DNA of 64,000 bases from a virus, in the IMG/VR virus record IMGVR_UViG_3300023179_000020. One strand, given 5' to 3'. Position numbers and translations under genes: made by a program. Under the pieces are notes generated by a model, which had not been told where the DNA came from, ran no database searches, and saw nothing but the letters and a program-made list of their open reading frames with translations. Every line of letters starts with the position of its first letter. Position 1 is the first letter of the stretch. Below, piece by piece: positions 48,882-59,134 of the stretch.

Positions 48882-51800
48882 ATGGCTATTTTAGGAGAAT
48901 CATTTGATGATTATGTAAATAAACAAATTAAAACACGTCAAAACCTATTAGCTTTAAATGCTAATCACGATAATGATTTTTTAAAATACACCCATTCTCG
49001 CACTGCCTTTTTACGATTAACTTCAGGTGTAGATGTAACAAATGAAAAGATTATTAATGATTTAGATTTGAAGGATATAAGCCTTAATAGTGGTTTAGCT
49101 AGTTCTTTAGTAATTTCTAATGCTAATTTCAGTGATGGTCTTACTAAAGGATTAGGAGGACTTAATGCTTCTTATGGGTTTTTATCTAACACAGATTATG
49201 GTTACACCCCACCTCCAGGTATTTTGTCTGCAGACATAAGATCTTTAAATAGAGGTTCTTTACGAGAAGCAACCGTAAACTTAGTATGCCACAACTTGAA
49301 TCAATTTCAAGTAATAGATACTTTGTTTTTAAAACTTAGATACTCGTTTTTATTAGAATGGGGAAATACAACATATTTTAATAATGATAATACTTTAGTT
49401 ACTCCTGCTTCTGTTCCAAATTTATCAAAAGATTTTCTTGATTGGAAACAAGACCAATATGCTCTTTTAGATAAAATAGAACAAACACGTATAGGTTCAA
49501 GTGGTAATTATGATGCATTTTTTGGTGTTATTAAAAACTTTTCATGGGAACTTCAACCTAATGGAAGTTATAATATAACAATTGTTGGCATTTCTCAAGG
49601 AGACGTAATTGAATCCCTTAAACTAAACTCTAATGTTACCCCAGATGAAACTTCACCTGCAAATCAACAAGATTCAAAATTTAAAACATGTACTTTAACT
49701 CGAATTTTAGGTTTAATTTATGAAAAATCTCTTAGTGAAGGCAATAATCTAGATGGTTATAGTGGTCGTCCTTTTTTCCTAGCCTCAAGTAAAATAGCTT
49801 CAGAGTTAAGTATAAAACCTAATTTTTTAAGACCAGATGATAATGCTAGTGTTACAGCAGCAAACAGTAGTTTAGCTAAAAATGAAGCACCATACATTCT
49901 TTTTTATACTATAAATCCTGATATGGGGGATAATTATATGCCTCGATATATAAAATTAGGAGCACTTCTTCGTATTATAGAAGCTTTTTTACTAACATAT
50001 GATACTACAAAATCAAATGCCCCATCATTTAGAATAAATTATTCATATAAAGACTCAGATAATAGATGCTTAACTATCCCTAACCATATAGCTATTGATC
50101 CTAGAATATGTGTTATTCCTTTAAAATTTGATGCTAAAAAAGTAGCAGCTGCGATAGGAAATAATGACCAACTAACCAACACATTTACTGCTAATTTTAT
50201 TGATGGAGAGTATGTTCCTGGACTTCAACCTTCAACAGATTTAATAGAATATAATGCTTTAACAGATGACGATATAACTAGCCGAGACCATACTGTCCCT
50301 ACTGCAAATACTACAGGAACCGCTTTACCAACTCCATATTACCTTACAGGAAGTGCTATTGTATTACAACAAACTCAAACTCTTAGACAAGATCCAATTG
50401 ATATTGTTATTGATGATCCTATAAATTTTTCAAAAGGAATAGGAGGGATAGAACAACTTTTAGATACCAACCCTATTGAAGCATTACAAGGTGGAGCAAC
50501 TCCCTCTACTACTGGTAATGGTACACCTATAAATGATGTAAATGATTCTTTTGCTAAACAATATAATCAAATAAATGCAAATAATTTATTTCAAGCCGTT
50601 TTATCTGGAAGTTCTGAGGATGCAATAGATCAACAAAGAGGTTACAGAAGTAGTAATCCTGGTGTAGACTTTAATAATTTTAATGGGAGTTATGGAACAG
50701 ATTCTCGTGGAAATAAATACTTTATTTTTAAAACTTCAGGTAATAACCAATATACTTTTACTAAAACTCCTACTAGTGAAAAAGGAACTACAAGCGCCTT
50801 CAATGATCGTACTGTTACTACAACTCTTAAGCAAGTTACATCCGCAAGAGTATCTTATACAAAATCAACAACCGCTCCATTAGCTGATGCATTAGCAGCG
50901 GGTGGTGTACTTCAATACTTAGATAAAAGTTTTAATAGTGACAATAATCTTATTGGTAATACAATGCATATGTACATCAATATAGATCATGCTGTTGATT
51001 TGTTAAACAAAAATATTGATGAGAGTGGTAACATATCTGTTTACAATTTTTTAAAAACATTAATGCAAGATGTACAAAGATCTTTAGGTAACATTAATGA
51101 TTTTGAAGTAATATGCAATGATACAAATAATACTTATACTATAATTGACAACGCTTTAATACCACACATATCTAAACCAAAACCAGATAGTATTGCTAAT
51201 TTTAATATAAACACATTACAGAATAATACTGCTAATGGTGGAAGTTTCATTACTAATTTTAGTTTAAAAACAGAATTATTTGCTAGAGTAGCAAATGCTA
51301 TAGCTATAGGATCACAAGCAAATGGAACTACTCTTCAATCAAATTCTTCAACTTTTAGTTTTATAAATGAAGGAATAAAAGATAGAGTTTTAACTACAAA
51401 ACAAAATGCAAATACAAATCAAACTGATAATGATGATGTATTTGAAAAGAAATATACCAAGGCATATGCTTCCTTTTCAGATTTTGTTGCAAAATATTTA
51501 GGAATTAAATACGGAGTAAATAATGGTAGTACCCTTACCCCAGAAGATATTCAACAATATAATTCATCTTTAGTTGATTTATTTAATTATGATTTGGGAA
51601 TTTATACTAAAAAAGGTCAATTTACTGGTACAGGTTTTATTCCCCTTAATCTTCAATTAACTATGGATGGGTTGAGTGGAATAAAGATTTATCAAGTATT
51701 TACTATTAATGATACATTATTACCATCAATGTATAAAAATAAAATACAATTTATTATTAAAGGAGTAAACCATAGAATAAGTGATAAAGGATGGGAAACT

Positions 51801-52313
51801 AATGTTGAAACCTTATCTATACCTAAAAAAGAGGCAAAAGGTAATCCTCAACCCGGTAGATTAAACATACAAACTTTGTCTGGAGGTGGAGGAGGAGGAG
51901 GTAACATCCTCCCTAGAGGATCAGGTCCTACACCTGAAGCTGATAGATTAAGAAAAGAACTTTCAACTTATAACTATAAAGAAAAAGGAAATGAATTAGC
52001 AAATTATGGATATGATCTTACCTCAGAAATTGTTAATAAAGCTTTAGATTTTATAAAAGACTTAAGTGCAAAATACCCTAGTTATAGAATCCAATTTACA
52101 GGAGGAAATGATGAATTCCACCACCTTAAAGCACCTAATAGTATACATACTAAAGGCAAAGCTTTAGATTTTGTGATAGATTTTCCTTCTCCTACTCCTG
52201 AGGTAAGAAATAACATTTTAGCAATAGCTAGAAAATATTTTAAGGTACTGGATGAGTATGCAAATCCAAGTCCTCAAGCAACAGCCCCACACATTCATGT
52301 ATATTTAAGTTAA
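48882..52313 (+). CDS. Large baseplate hub protein with C-terminal M15-like Zn peptidase domain
   Basis: LEWG motif; HRISDKGWETNVE; C-terminal SIHTKGKALDF...PHIHV. Confidence 0.65.
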   Translation: MAILGESFDDYVNKQIKTRQNLLALNANHDNDFLKYTHSRTAFLRLTSGVDVTNEKIINDLDLKDISLNSGLASSLVISNANFSDGLTKGLGGLNASYGFLSNTDYGYTPPPGILSADIRSLNRGSLREATVNLVCHNLNQFQVIDTLFLKLRYSFLLEWGNTTYFNNDNTLVTPASVPNLSKDFLDWKQDQYALLDKIEQTRIGSSGNYDAFFGVIKNFSWELQPNGSYNITIVGISQGDVIESLKLNSNVTPDETSPANQQDSKFKTCTLTRILGLIYEKSLSEGNNLDGYSGRPFFLASSKIASELSIKPNFLRPDDNASVTAANSSLAKNEAPYILFYTINPDMGDNYMPRYIKLGALLRIIEAFLLTYDTTKSNAPSFRINYSYKDSDNRCLTIPNHIAIDPRICVIPLKFDAKKVAAAIGNNDQLTNTFTANFIDGEYVPGLQPSTDLIEYNALTDDDITSRDHTVPTANTTGTALPTPYYLTGSAIVLQQTQTLRQDPIDIVIDDPINFSKGIGGIEQLLDTNPIEALQGGATPSTTGNGTPINDVNDSFAKQYNQINANNLFQAVLSGSSEDAIDQQRGYRSSNPGVDFNNFNGSYGTDSRGNKYFIFKTSGNNQYTFTKTPTSEKGTTSAFNDRTVTTTLKQVTSARVSYTKSTTAPLADALAAGGVLQYLDKSFNSDNNLIGNTMHMYINIDHAVDLLNKNIDESGNISVYNFLKTLMQDVQRSLGNINDFEVICNDTNNTYTIIDNALIPHISKPKPDSIANFNINTLQNNTANGGSFITNFSLKTELFARVANAIAIGSQANGTTLQSNSSTFSFINEGIKDRVLTTKQNANTNQTDNDDVFEKKYTKAYASFSDFVAKYLGIKYGVNNGSTLTPEDIQQYNSSLVDLFNYDLGIYTKKGQFTGTGFIPLNLQLTMDGLSGIKIYQVFTINDTLLPSMYKNKIQFIIKGVNHRISDKGWETNVETLSIPKKEAKGNPQPGRLNIQTLSGGGGGGGNILPRGSGPTPEADRLRKELSTYNYKEKGNELANYGYDLTSEIVNKALDFIKDLSAKYPSYRIQFTGGNDEFHHLKAPNSIHTKGKALDFVIDFPSPTPEVRNNILAIARKYFKVLDEYANPSPQATAPHIHVYLS

Positions 52314-52843
52314 TGCCATACATTCCAAAAAATAAAATTCAAACTGGACTTTATACAAATGGGGGAGAGTATGCTTTTGCTTCTAATAATCAAAACTATT
52401 CTGGACCATATTATAAAACATACGATGGAAAATTTTATTCAGGTAATGGACCAAATGATACTACTACTAAAGAATTAATTTTAATTTCTCAAAACGATAC
52501 AGGAAATCCTGATTTCCCTTCAGTTCCATATGATCCTCTTTTACCTACACCTCAAGATTATAAAAACGGATTTTTTACTCGATACTTTAATATTAGAAGA
52601 AACCAACCATTATTTACTGAAATTAGTAAAGATACTTATGATAAGTATCAACAACGAGACTCTCAAGTGCTTTGGAAATTGTATAGAGTATTTTCTTTAA
52701 AATGGGAATTAACTGGTGACATAAACAAAGTTGCTCAAACAAATAAAAACGTAACCGAATTGGTAGAACGAAAAGAAAAAGCATTAGGGTTAGGACTATA
52801 CTTAAAAGAAAATTGGATTCAATACTATAAAGAAAAAGCTTAA
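52313..52843 (+). CDS. Hypothetical baseplate-region protein
   Basis: 176 aa, TAATG-coupled. Confidence 0.55.
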   Translation: MPYIPKNKIQTGLYTNGGEYAFASNNQNYSGPYYKTYDGKFYSGNGPNDTTTKELILISQNDTGNPDFPSVPYDPLLPTPQDYKNGFFTRYFNIRRNQPLFTEISKDTYDKYQQRDSQVLWKLYRVFSLKWELTGDINKVAQTNKNVTELVERKEKALGLGLYLKENWIQYYKEKA

Positions 52844-52874
52844 TTTGGCTTTTTAAAGTTTTTTAGTATATTAG
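52844..52874 (+). promoter_or_regulatory. Putative early/middle promoter of the replication block
   Basis: TTTGG(52844)...TATATT(52867). Confidence 0.55.
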
Positions 52875-52888
52875 TATGAATAAAGGTT

Positions 52889-54184
52889 ATGTATTACATT
52901 ATAGAAAATCAATCTCAATTCGAAGAATTTGTTTTACAACAAACAGATAGGTGTTTTGTTGAATTGATTTTTTGTCATAACTTAATTCATCCTATCCTTA
53001 ATAGTGTTTCTTTAGTATACATTCGACCTGAAAACAATAAAAAAGGATACATTATACCTATTACTCACAACGAGGCATTTTTAGTACCCTTCCAACAAGT
53101 AAAAAAATTAATATCGTCTTATAAAGAAGTGTTTGTAAGGGATAAAAAAACATGTATGTACTTTTTAAACAAAAAGAATTTACAACATGTTTATGCACCA
53201 AAAACTGAAGAATTATCATTTCCGATTTATGATTATTATCATAGACAGTATCCAAACAGAAATGACATTAATACTTTTATTCCAATTGCAAAACATTATG
53301 AACGTTGTGAAGAATACTTTAACCATATCAAACATGTTTTTACAGAAGAAAAACCAATTTGGTTTGACTTTTACAACAAAGCAATAGAATGTTTTCACAC
53401 CATAGAATCTAATGGTATTCAGGTGAATACAACGCTAATAAACGATTATTTTACTCTAAACAATACCCTACATTCAATAAAAAATAATGTAGTATACTCA
53501 CAGTATAACACTGATACTACAACTAAAAGACCTTCAAACAGGTTTAATGGTATTAATTTTGCAGCGTTGCCTAAAGATGGTTCTCGACAAGTGTTTGTTT
53601 CTACAAATGGAAAATTCATAGACATTGACATTGATTCTTATCATCCAACCCTAATTGCTAAACAAATAGGATATGATTTTGGAGACGAATCAATTCACGA
53701 ACACATGGCTAAACTGTATAATACTGATTATAAAACAAGTAAAGAACTTACTTTTAAACAATTGTACGGAGGCATATTCAAAGAGTATAAACATTTAGAA
53801 TTTTTTGCTAAAACACAAACCTTAATAAACACATTGTGGGAACAGTTTAATGATGAAGGATTTATTAGTTGCCCCATTTCTAATTACAGGTTTTATAAAA
53901 ACATGTTAAAAGACATGAATCCACAAAAACTGTTTAATTATTGGGTTCAAAATTTAGAAACGTCTCAAAACATTTTATTGTTACAAGACATTTTGCCTAT
54001 ACTAAAAGGATATAAAAGTAAACTTGTATTATACACATATGATGCATTTTTATTTGATTTTGACAAAGACGAATCTGGTTTATTGGAAAAGATATGTGAA
54101 GTATTCACATCCAATAACCTAAAATTTAAAATGAAATATGGAAAAAACTATTCTACCCTTAAACCATTCACACCATATGTATGA
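52889..54184 (+). CDS. Divergent, short family-A DNA polymerase
   Basis: TTTKRPSN, motif A DIDSYHP, motif B KELTFKQLYGG, motif C YTYDAFLFD. Confidence 0.7.
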   Translation: MYYIIENQSQFEEFVLQQTDRCFVELIFCHNLIHPILNSVSLVYIRPENNKKGYIIPITHNEAFLVPFQQVKKLISSYKEVFVRDKKTCMYFLNKKNLQHVYAPKTEELSFPIYDYYHRQYPNRNDINTFIPIAKHYERCEEYFNHIKHVFTEEKPIWFDFYNKAIECFHTIESNGIQVNTTLINDYFTLNNTLHSIKNNVVYSQYNTDTTTKRPSNRFNGINFAALPKDGSRQVFVSTNGKFIDIDIDSYHPTLIAKQIGYDFGDESIHEHMAKLYNTDYKTSKELTFKQLYGGIFKEYKHLEFFAKTQTLINTLWEQFNDEGFISCPISNYRFYKNMLKDMNPQKLFNYWVQNLETSQNILLLQDILPILKGYKSKLVLYTYDAFLFDFDKDESGLLEKICEVFTSNNLKFKMKYGKNYSTLKPFTPYV

Positions 54185-54617
54185 CAAACCCTGGCTGTTC
54201 ACTCAGTCAGACTTAAACATTGATGACGTGAGTGGGAATAAACTATTTTGTACATTTTCAGAATTAGAGGATGTTGACGATCTTATAGATGACATAAAAA
54301 ATCAATACGAAGTATTGTATAATAAAATATTTGTTTTACAAGTTAAAAGCAGTAACGAATATGTTTGCACCTATAACATAGACTATTCCAACTTAAACGA
54401 AATTCCAGAAAACACAATTTTAGTACACCGCAAAAAAGAGACAAACACTCTTTACACAATTAATGCTTTAAACGAACTGATTAAAAAATTAAATGGTGGT
54501 GTAGTAGATGTGTCTTTTAGGATTAACTGGATGCATTACAGAAACTGTATTTTGTTGACTCAACACAATGAATTAAAACAATTAAACACAAAAGTGTATA
54601 AAATTGTAGAAGTATAA
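54138..54617 (+). CDS. Hypothetical protein in the replication block (start uncertain)
   Basis: NKLFCTF, HRKKETNTLYTINALN. Confidence 0.6.
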   Translation: MEKTILPLNHSHHMYDKPWLFTQSDLNIDDVSGNKLFCTFSELEDVDDLIDDIKNQYEVLYNKIFVLQVKSSNEYVCTYNIDYSNLNEIPENTILVHRKKETNTLYTINALNELIKKLNGGVVDVSFRINWMHYRNCILLTQHNELKQLNTKVYKIVEV

Positions 54618-54694
54618 TATTTATAATAGACACAACGGTGTCAATTTAGGTTAGAACAAGTTAAGGAAAACACTACAAGAAAAAGGCAGTATAA

Positions 54695-54726
54695 TTTGGC
54701 CGTATTAAAAAAAAGTAGTATATTAA
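54695..54726 (+). promoter_or_regulatory. Putative early/middle promoter
   Basis: TTTGG(54695)...TATATT(54719). Confidence 0.55.
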
Positions 54727-54753
54727 TAATAACAATTTAAAAACCAACGTTTT

Positions 54754-55602
54754 ATGAACATTGAAGCAATTAAACAAAAACTGAATGCCCTACAATCAAC
54801 GGGGCAAAAGAAAGAAAAAGTTGATTACTCCAAATACATTTGGAAACCAAAACAAGAAGGTAAATTTCAAATCCGAATCGTTCCTTCAGCAATCAACAAA
54901 GAAAATCCATTTCAAGAAGTGTATGTACACTATGGAATTTCTAAATTCCCTATTTATGCATTAACAAATTGGAGTGAAAAAGATCCTATTGTTGAATTTG
55001 CTAAACAGCTTCGTAACACAAATGACAAAGAAAACTGGAGATTAGCAAAAAAGCTAGACCCAAAAATGAGAATTTTTGCTCCTGTAATTGTTCGTGGTGA
55101 GGAAGACAAAGGTGTACGTCTTTGGGAATTTGGTAAAGAAATTTATGTTCAACTTTTAGGTATAGCTGAAGATGAAGATTATGGAGACTTTACAGACATT
55201 AATGATGGTCGTGACTTTACAGTTGAAGCTGTAACAGGTGACATTGGTGGTCGTCAAGGCCTTAAATGCTCAATTCGTGTTAAACCAAAAACATCAGTTT
55301 TAAGCACAGACAAAAACAGCATCAAAGTGTGGTTAGAAGAACAACCTAGTATTCTTGAACTTCAAAGAAAAATGACATTTGAAGAAATTAAAAGTGTATT
55401 AGAAAAATTCCTAAACCCTGAAGCTGAAGAAGGTGGTGAAGACGTTGACGCTGAAGACGAAACACCAAACGATTTGCCTTGGAAAGACGATGAAGAATCA
55501 CCCGCTCCAAAAGCTAAATCAAACTATGCTCTAAAAACACCAGCTGCTAAAACTTCAAAAGCAGACAAGTTTGATGCATTGTTTGAAGATGACGAAGATT
55601 AA
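54754..55602 (+). CDS. Single-stranded DNA-binding protein (T4 gp32-like)
   Basis: WKP...IRIVP, LWEFGK, D...GRDF, acidic C-terminal tail. Confidence 0.8.
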   Translation: MNIEAIKQKLNALQSTGQKKEKVDYSKYIWKPKQEGKFQIRIVPSAINKENPFQEVYVHYGISKFPIYALTNWSEKDPIVEFAKQLRNTNDKENWRLAKKLDPKMRIFAPVIVRGEEDKGVRLWEFGKEIYVQLLGIAEDEDYGDFTDINDGRDFTVEAVTGDIGGRQGLKCSIRVKPKTSVLSTDKNSIKVWLEEQPSILELQRKMTFEEIKSVLEKFLNPEAEEGGEDVDAEDETPNDLPWKDDEESPAPKAKSNYALKTPAAKTSKADKFDALFEDDED

Positions 55603-55621
55603 TTTTTAACCAAAACAGATT

Positions 55622-56707
55622 ATGGCCAAGAAAAAAGAATCTTTAATGACAGCAGTCTCTGAAGAAATTAAAGCAAGTTTCGACCTTGATAAATTTAAAG
55701 AGAAAAAACTACTTAACAGTACAGTTAAGTTCAAAGAACAAAGATGGATCCCCTTCTCAGAAGCATTACAAGATTCAACTTCACTTCCAGGCGCAGCCAT
55801 AGGCCATATTAATCTTTTAAGAGGACACAGTAACACAGGTAAAACAACAGCTTTACTTGAGTTGGCAATTAATGCCCAGAAAATGGGCATTTTGCCTGTG
55901 TTTATTATTACAGAGATGAAATGGTCTTGGGAACATGCTAAACAAATGGGTTTCCAAGTTGAAGACGTTGTTGATAAAACAACAGGTGAAATTGTAGATT
56001 ATAAAGGTTTCTTCTTATACACTGACAGAAGTACATTAGGTACTATAGAAGACGTAGCAGAATTTATAGCTGACTTATTAGACGAACAAAAGAAAGGTAA
56101 TTTACCATATGACTTGTGTTTCTTTTGGGACTCAATAGGTTCTATACCTTGTAAAATGAGTGTTGAAGCAAACAAAAACAATCCAATGTGGAATGCAGGA
56201 GCAATGTCCCAGCAATTTGGAAATTTTGTTAATCAACGTTTTCCATTATCACGCAAAGAAAGTTCACCATACACCAATTCTATGGTAGCAATTAATAAAA
56301 TTTGGATTGCACCTGCTGAAAACATATTTTCACAACCCAAAATGAAAATGAAAAATGGTGAGACAATGTTTTTAGATGCATCTATTGTTCTTACATTTGG
56401 TAACATTACCAATAGTGGAACAAGTAAATTAAAAGCAACTAAAGATGGTAAAGAAGTAGAATTTGCGGTTCGTACTAAAGTGGCAGTAGACAAAAACCAC
56501 GTTACAGGTTTACAAACCAAAAGTACAGTTGTAGCAACAGTTCATGGTTTCATCAGTGACGATACTAAAGGAGTAACTGAGTATAAAAAACAACATGCTC
56601 ACGAATGGATACACATTTTAGGAAGCCTTGACGGTATTGGTCTTACTGAAGACAAATCAGAATGGGAAGAAAGCAAAGAAAACATTACCTTAATAGACGA
56701 AGAATAA
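55622..56707 (+). CDS. RecA/UvsX-like recombinase
   Basis: GHSNTGKT Walker A, FFWDSIG, VAINK, DKNHV. Confidence 0.8.
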   Translation: MAKKKESLMTAVSEEIKASFDLDKFKEKKLLNSTVKFKEQRWIPFSEALQDSTSLPGAAIGHINLLRGHSNTGKTTALLELAINAQKMGILPVFIITEMKWSWEHAKQMGFQVEDVVDKTTGEIVDYKGFFLYTDRSTLGTIEDVAEFIADLLDEQKKGNLPYDLCFFWDSIGSIPCKMSVEANKNNPMWNAGAMSQQFGNFVNQRFPLSRKESSPYTNSMVAINKIWIAPAENIFSQPKMKMKNGETMFLDASIVLTFGNITNSGTSKLKATKDGKEVEFAVRTKVAVDKNHVTGLQTKSTVVATVHGFISDDTKGVTEYKKQHAHEWIHILGSLDGIGLTEDKSEWEESKENITLIDEE

Positions 56708-56708
56708 C

Positions 56709-57752
56709 ATGGACAAAAAAGAACTGTTTAACCTATTAAACAGTATTGAACCAGGCAATGAACCTAAAAAAGCAACATTTAATAAACATGATAGAGTTCT
56801 TATCATTGATGGTTTAAATTTGTTTTTAAGAAACTTTGCTGTTATAAACCATGTTAACAAAGATGGAGTACACGTTGGTGGTTTAGGAGGATTCTTACGT
56901 TCGTTAAGTTTTCTTATAAACCACAACACTCCAACTTCTGTGTACATTGTATTTGATGGAGTTGGTTCTACTATAAACAGGAAGAACCTTCTCCCCGAAT
57001 ACAAATCTGGTCGTAATCTTTCTAGGGTTAATCGAAGTACTACGTTTGATAATTTAGAAGAAGAAAATGAATCTAAAATTAATCAAATTTCAAGACTAAT
57101 ACATTATTTAAGGTGTTTACCCATTAAACTTATTGTACTCGATAAAATTGAGGCAGACGACATTATAGCTTATTTATCCCACTATTTAACCACTAATCAC
57201 AACAGTAAATGCACTATAGTGTCTGCGGATAAGGACTTTTTACAACTAGTAAATGATAATATTACTGTTTACAGTCCTATGATTAAAGAACACTTTACTC
57301 CAAAATTAATAAAAGAAAAATTTGGCCTTCCTGCTAAAAATTTTATATTGTATAAGACACTTATGGGAGACAATTCAGATAAAGTACCAGGATTAAAAGG
57401 TTTAGGCCCTAAAAAGCTATTTAAATTTTTCCCTGAATTGCAAAACAATGAAATGTCATTAGAGGATTTGTATAACATTTGTGAGACTAAGTATAAAGAA
57501 AACATAATATACTCTAGACTAATATATGATTATGAAACGTTACAAAAACATTATAAATTAATGGATTTGAGTAACCCATTAGTAGACGAAAGTGAGAAAA
57601 AAATTATAGAAGAATCAACATCTGTTTCACCAAACAAATTAAAAACCTCAGAATTTTTAAAAATGTATAATGAAGACGGATTAGGACACACTATAAAAAA
57701 TATAGAATTTTGGATTAGAGACACATTTACAACATTAAGTAGTTTTAAATAA
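56709..57752 (+). CDS. 5'-3' exonuclease/flap endonuclease (T4 RNase H-like)
   Basis: IIDGLN, YKSGR, EADDII, SADKDFLQL, GDNSDKVPGLKGLGPK. Confidence 0.92.
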   Translation: MDKKELFNLLNSIEPGNEPKKATFNKHDRVLIIDGLNLFLRNFAVINHVNKDGVHVGGLGGFLRSLSFLINHNTPTSVYIVFDGVGSTINRKNLLPEYKSGRNLSRVNRSTTFDNLEEENESKINQISRLIHYLRCLPIKLIVLDKIEADDIIAYLSHYLTTNHNSKCTIVSADKDFLQLVNDNITVYSPMIKEHFTPKLIKEKFGLPAKNFILYKTLMGDNSDKVPGLKGLGPKKLFKFFPELQNNEMSLEDLYNICETKYKENIIYSRLIYDYETLQKHYKLMDLSNPLVDESEKKIIEESTSVSPNKLKTSEFLKMYNEDGLGHTIKNIEFWIRDTFTTLSSFK

Positions 57753-57763
57753 ATAAAAGGTAT

Positions 57764-59131
57764 ATGGCAGCATTAAGTACCCTGTCCCAATATGGAACAC
57801 ACTTCCAGATTAAAGTATTGTCTTCTTTATTAACACATAAAGAATTTTTAACTAACATACACGACATATTAAGTGAAGAATACTTCGACAACAGTGCACA
57901 TCGCTGGATTATTAAAGAAATTCTTAACTATTATGACAAGTACCACACTTGTCCTAGCATGGAAGTGTTAAAAGTAGAAGTTAAAAAACTAGAAAACGAA
58001 GTATTACAAATTTCAGTTAAAGAACAACTTAAAGAAGCATATAAAGCATCAGACGATGATTTAGCATATGTAGAAGAAGAATTCTCTAATTTTTGTAAAA
58101 ACCAACAGCTTAAAAAAGCATTACTCACATCTGTAGACTTGTTAAAAGCAGGTGACTATGATTCGATTAGAGGATTAGTTGACAATGCTTTAAAAGCAGG
58201 CGGTGATAAAAACATAGGTTTAGAATACGATAAAGACATTGAAACCAGATACAGAGAAGAACATAGAATTACTATACCTACACCTTGGGCATTGTTTAAC
58301 AACATAATGCAAGGTGGTTTAGGAAATGGAGACTTTGGACTAATATTTGGTAATCCAGGTGGTGGTAAATCATGGACATTAATTGCTTTAGGAGGCACAG
58401 CGGTTCAGATGGGTTTTAATGTTATTCATTATACTCTTGAATTAGGAGAAGATTATGTTGGTAGACGATATGATGCTTTTTTTACTGGTGTACCTGTAAA
58501 TGAAATTATGAAATTCAAACCTAGAGTAGAAGACACTATTACTCAATTGTCAGGTAAATTAGTTGTTAAAGAATACTCACCTGGTAAAGCATCTATTTCA
58601 ACACTAGAAGCACACGTTCAAAAATGTATAGATCAAGGCTTTAAACCAGATTTGATCATTATTGACTACGTAGATCTTCTTCGTTCTAAAAAAACAAATC
58701 GTGAAAGGAAAGACGAAATAGATGATATTTATGTAAGCACAAAAGGATTGGCTCGTGAATTAAAAATTCCAATTTGGAGTGTTTCACAGGTTAATCGTGC
58801 TGGAGCAAAAGATGACATAATTGAGGGTGACAAAGCCGCAGGTAGCTATGACAAAATCATGATTACAGATGTGGCTATTTCTCTCTCACGTAAAAAAGAA
58901 GATAAAGTGAAAGGAACAGGACGTTTTCATATAATGAAAAATAGATACGGCATAGATGGTTTAACATTTGGAGCTAAAATTGACACATCTACAGGTCATA
59001 TGGAAATTTTTGACAATTATGATGACGACCCAGACCAATATACTCCTTCAAAACCAGTCAATAGTTTTAGTGATGTTACCTCTTTAGACAGAGATCTTCT
59101 TCAACAAAAGTTTTTTGAATTAAACAAATAA
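57764..59131 (+). CDS. DnaB-like replicative helicase
   Basis: GNPGGGKS, YTLEL, IIIDYVDLL, SQVNR, KNRYG. Confidence 0.9.
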   Translation: MAALSTLSQYGTHFQIKVLSSLLTHKEFLTNIHDILSEEYFDNSAHRWIIKEILNYYDKYHTCPSMEVLKVEVKKLENEVLQISVKEQLKEAYKASDDDLAYVEEEFSNFCKNQQLKKALLTSVDLLKAGDYDSIRGLVDNALKAGGDKNIGLEYDKDIETRYREEHRITIPTPWALFNNIMQGGLGNGDFGLIFGNPGGGKSWTLIALGGTAVQMGFNVIHYTLELGEDYVGRRYDAFFTGVPVNEIMKFKPRVEDTITQLSGKLVVKEYSPGKASISTLEAHVQKCIDQGFKPDLIIIDYVDLLRSKKTNRERKDEIDDIYVSTKGLARELKIPIWSVSQVNRAGAKDDIIEGDKAAGSYDKIMITDVAISLSRKKEDKVKGTGRFHIMKNRYGIDGLTFGAKIDTSTGHMEIFDNYDDDPDQYTPSKPVNSFSDVTSLDRDLLQQKFFELNK

Positions 59132-59134
59132 TTT

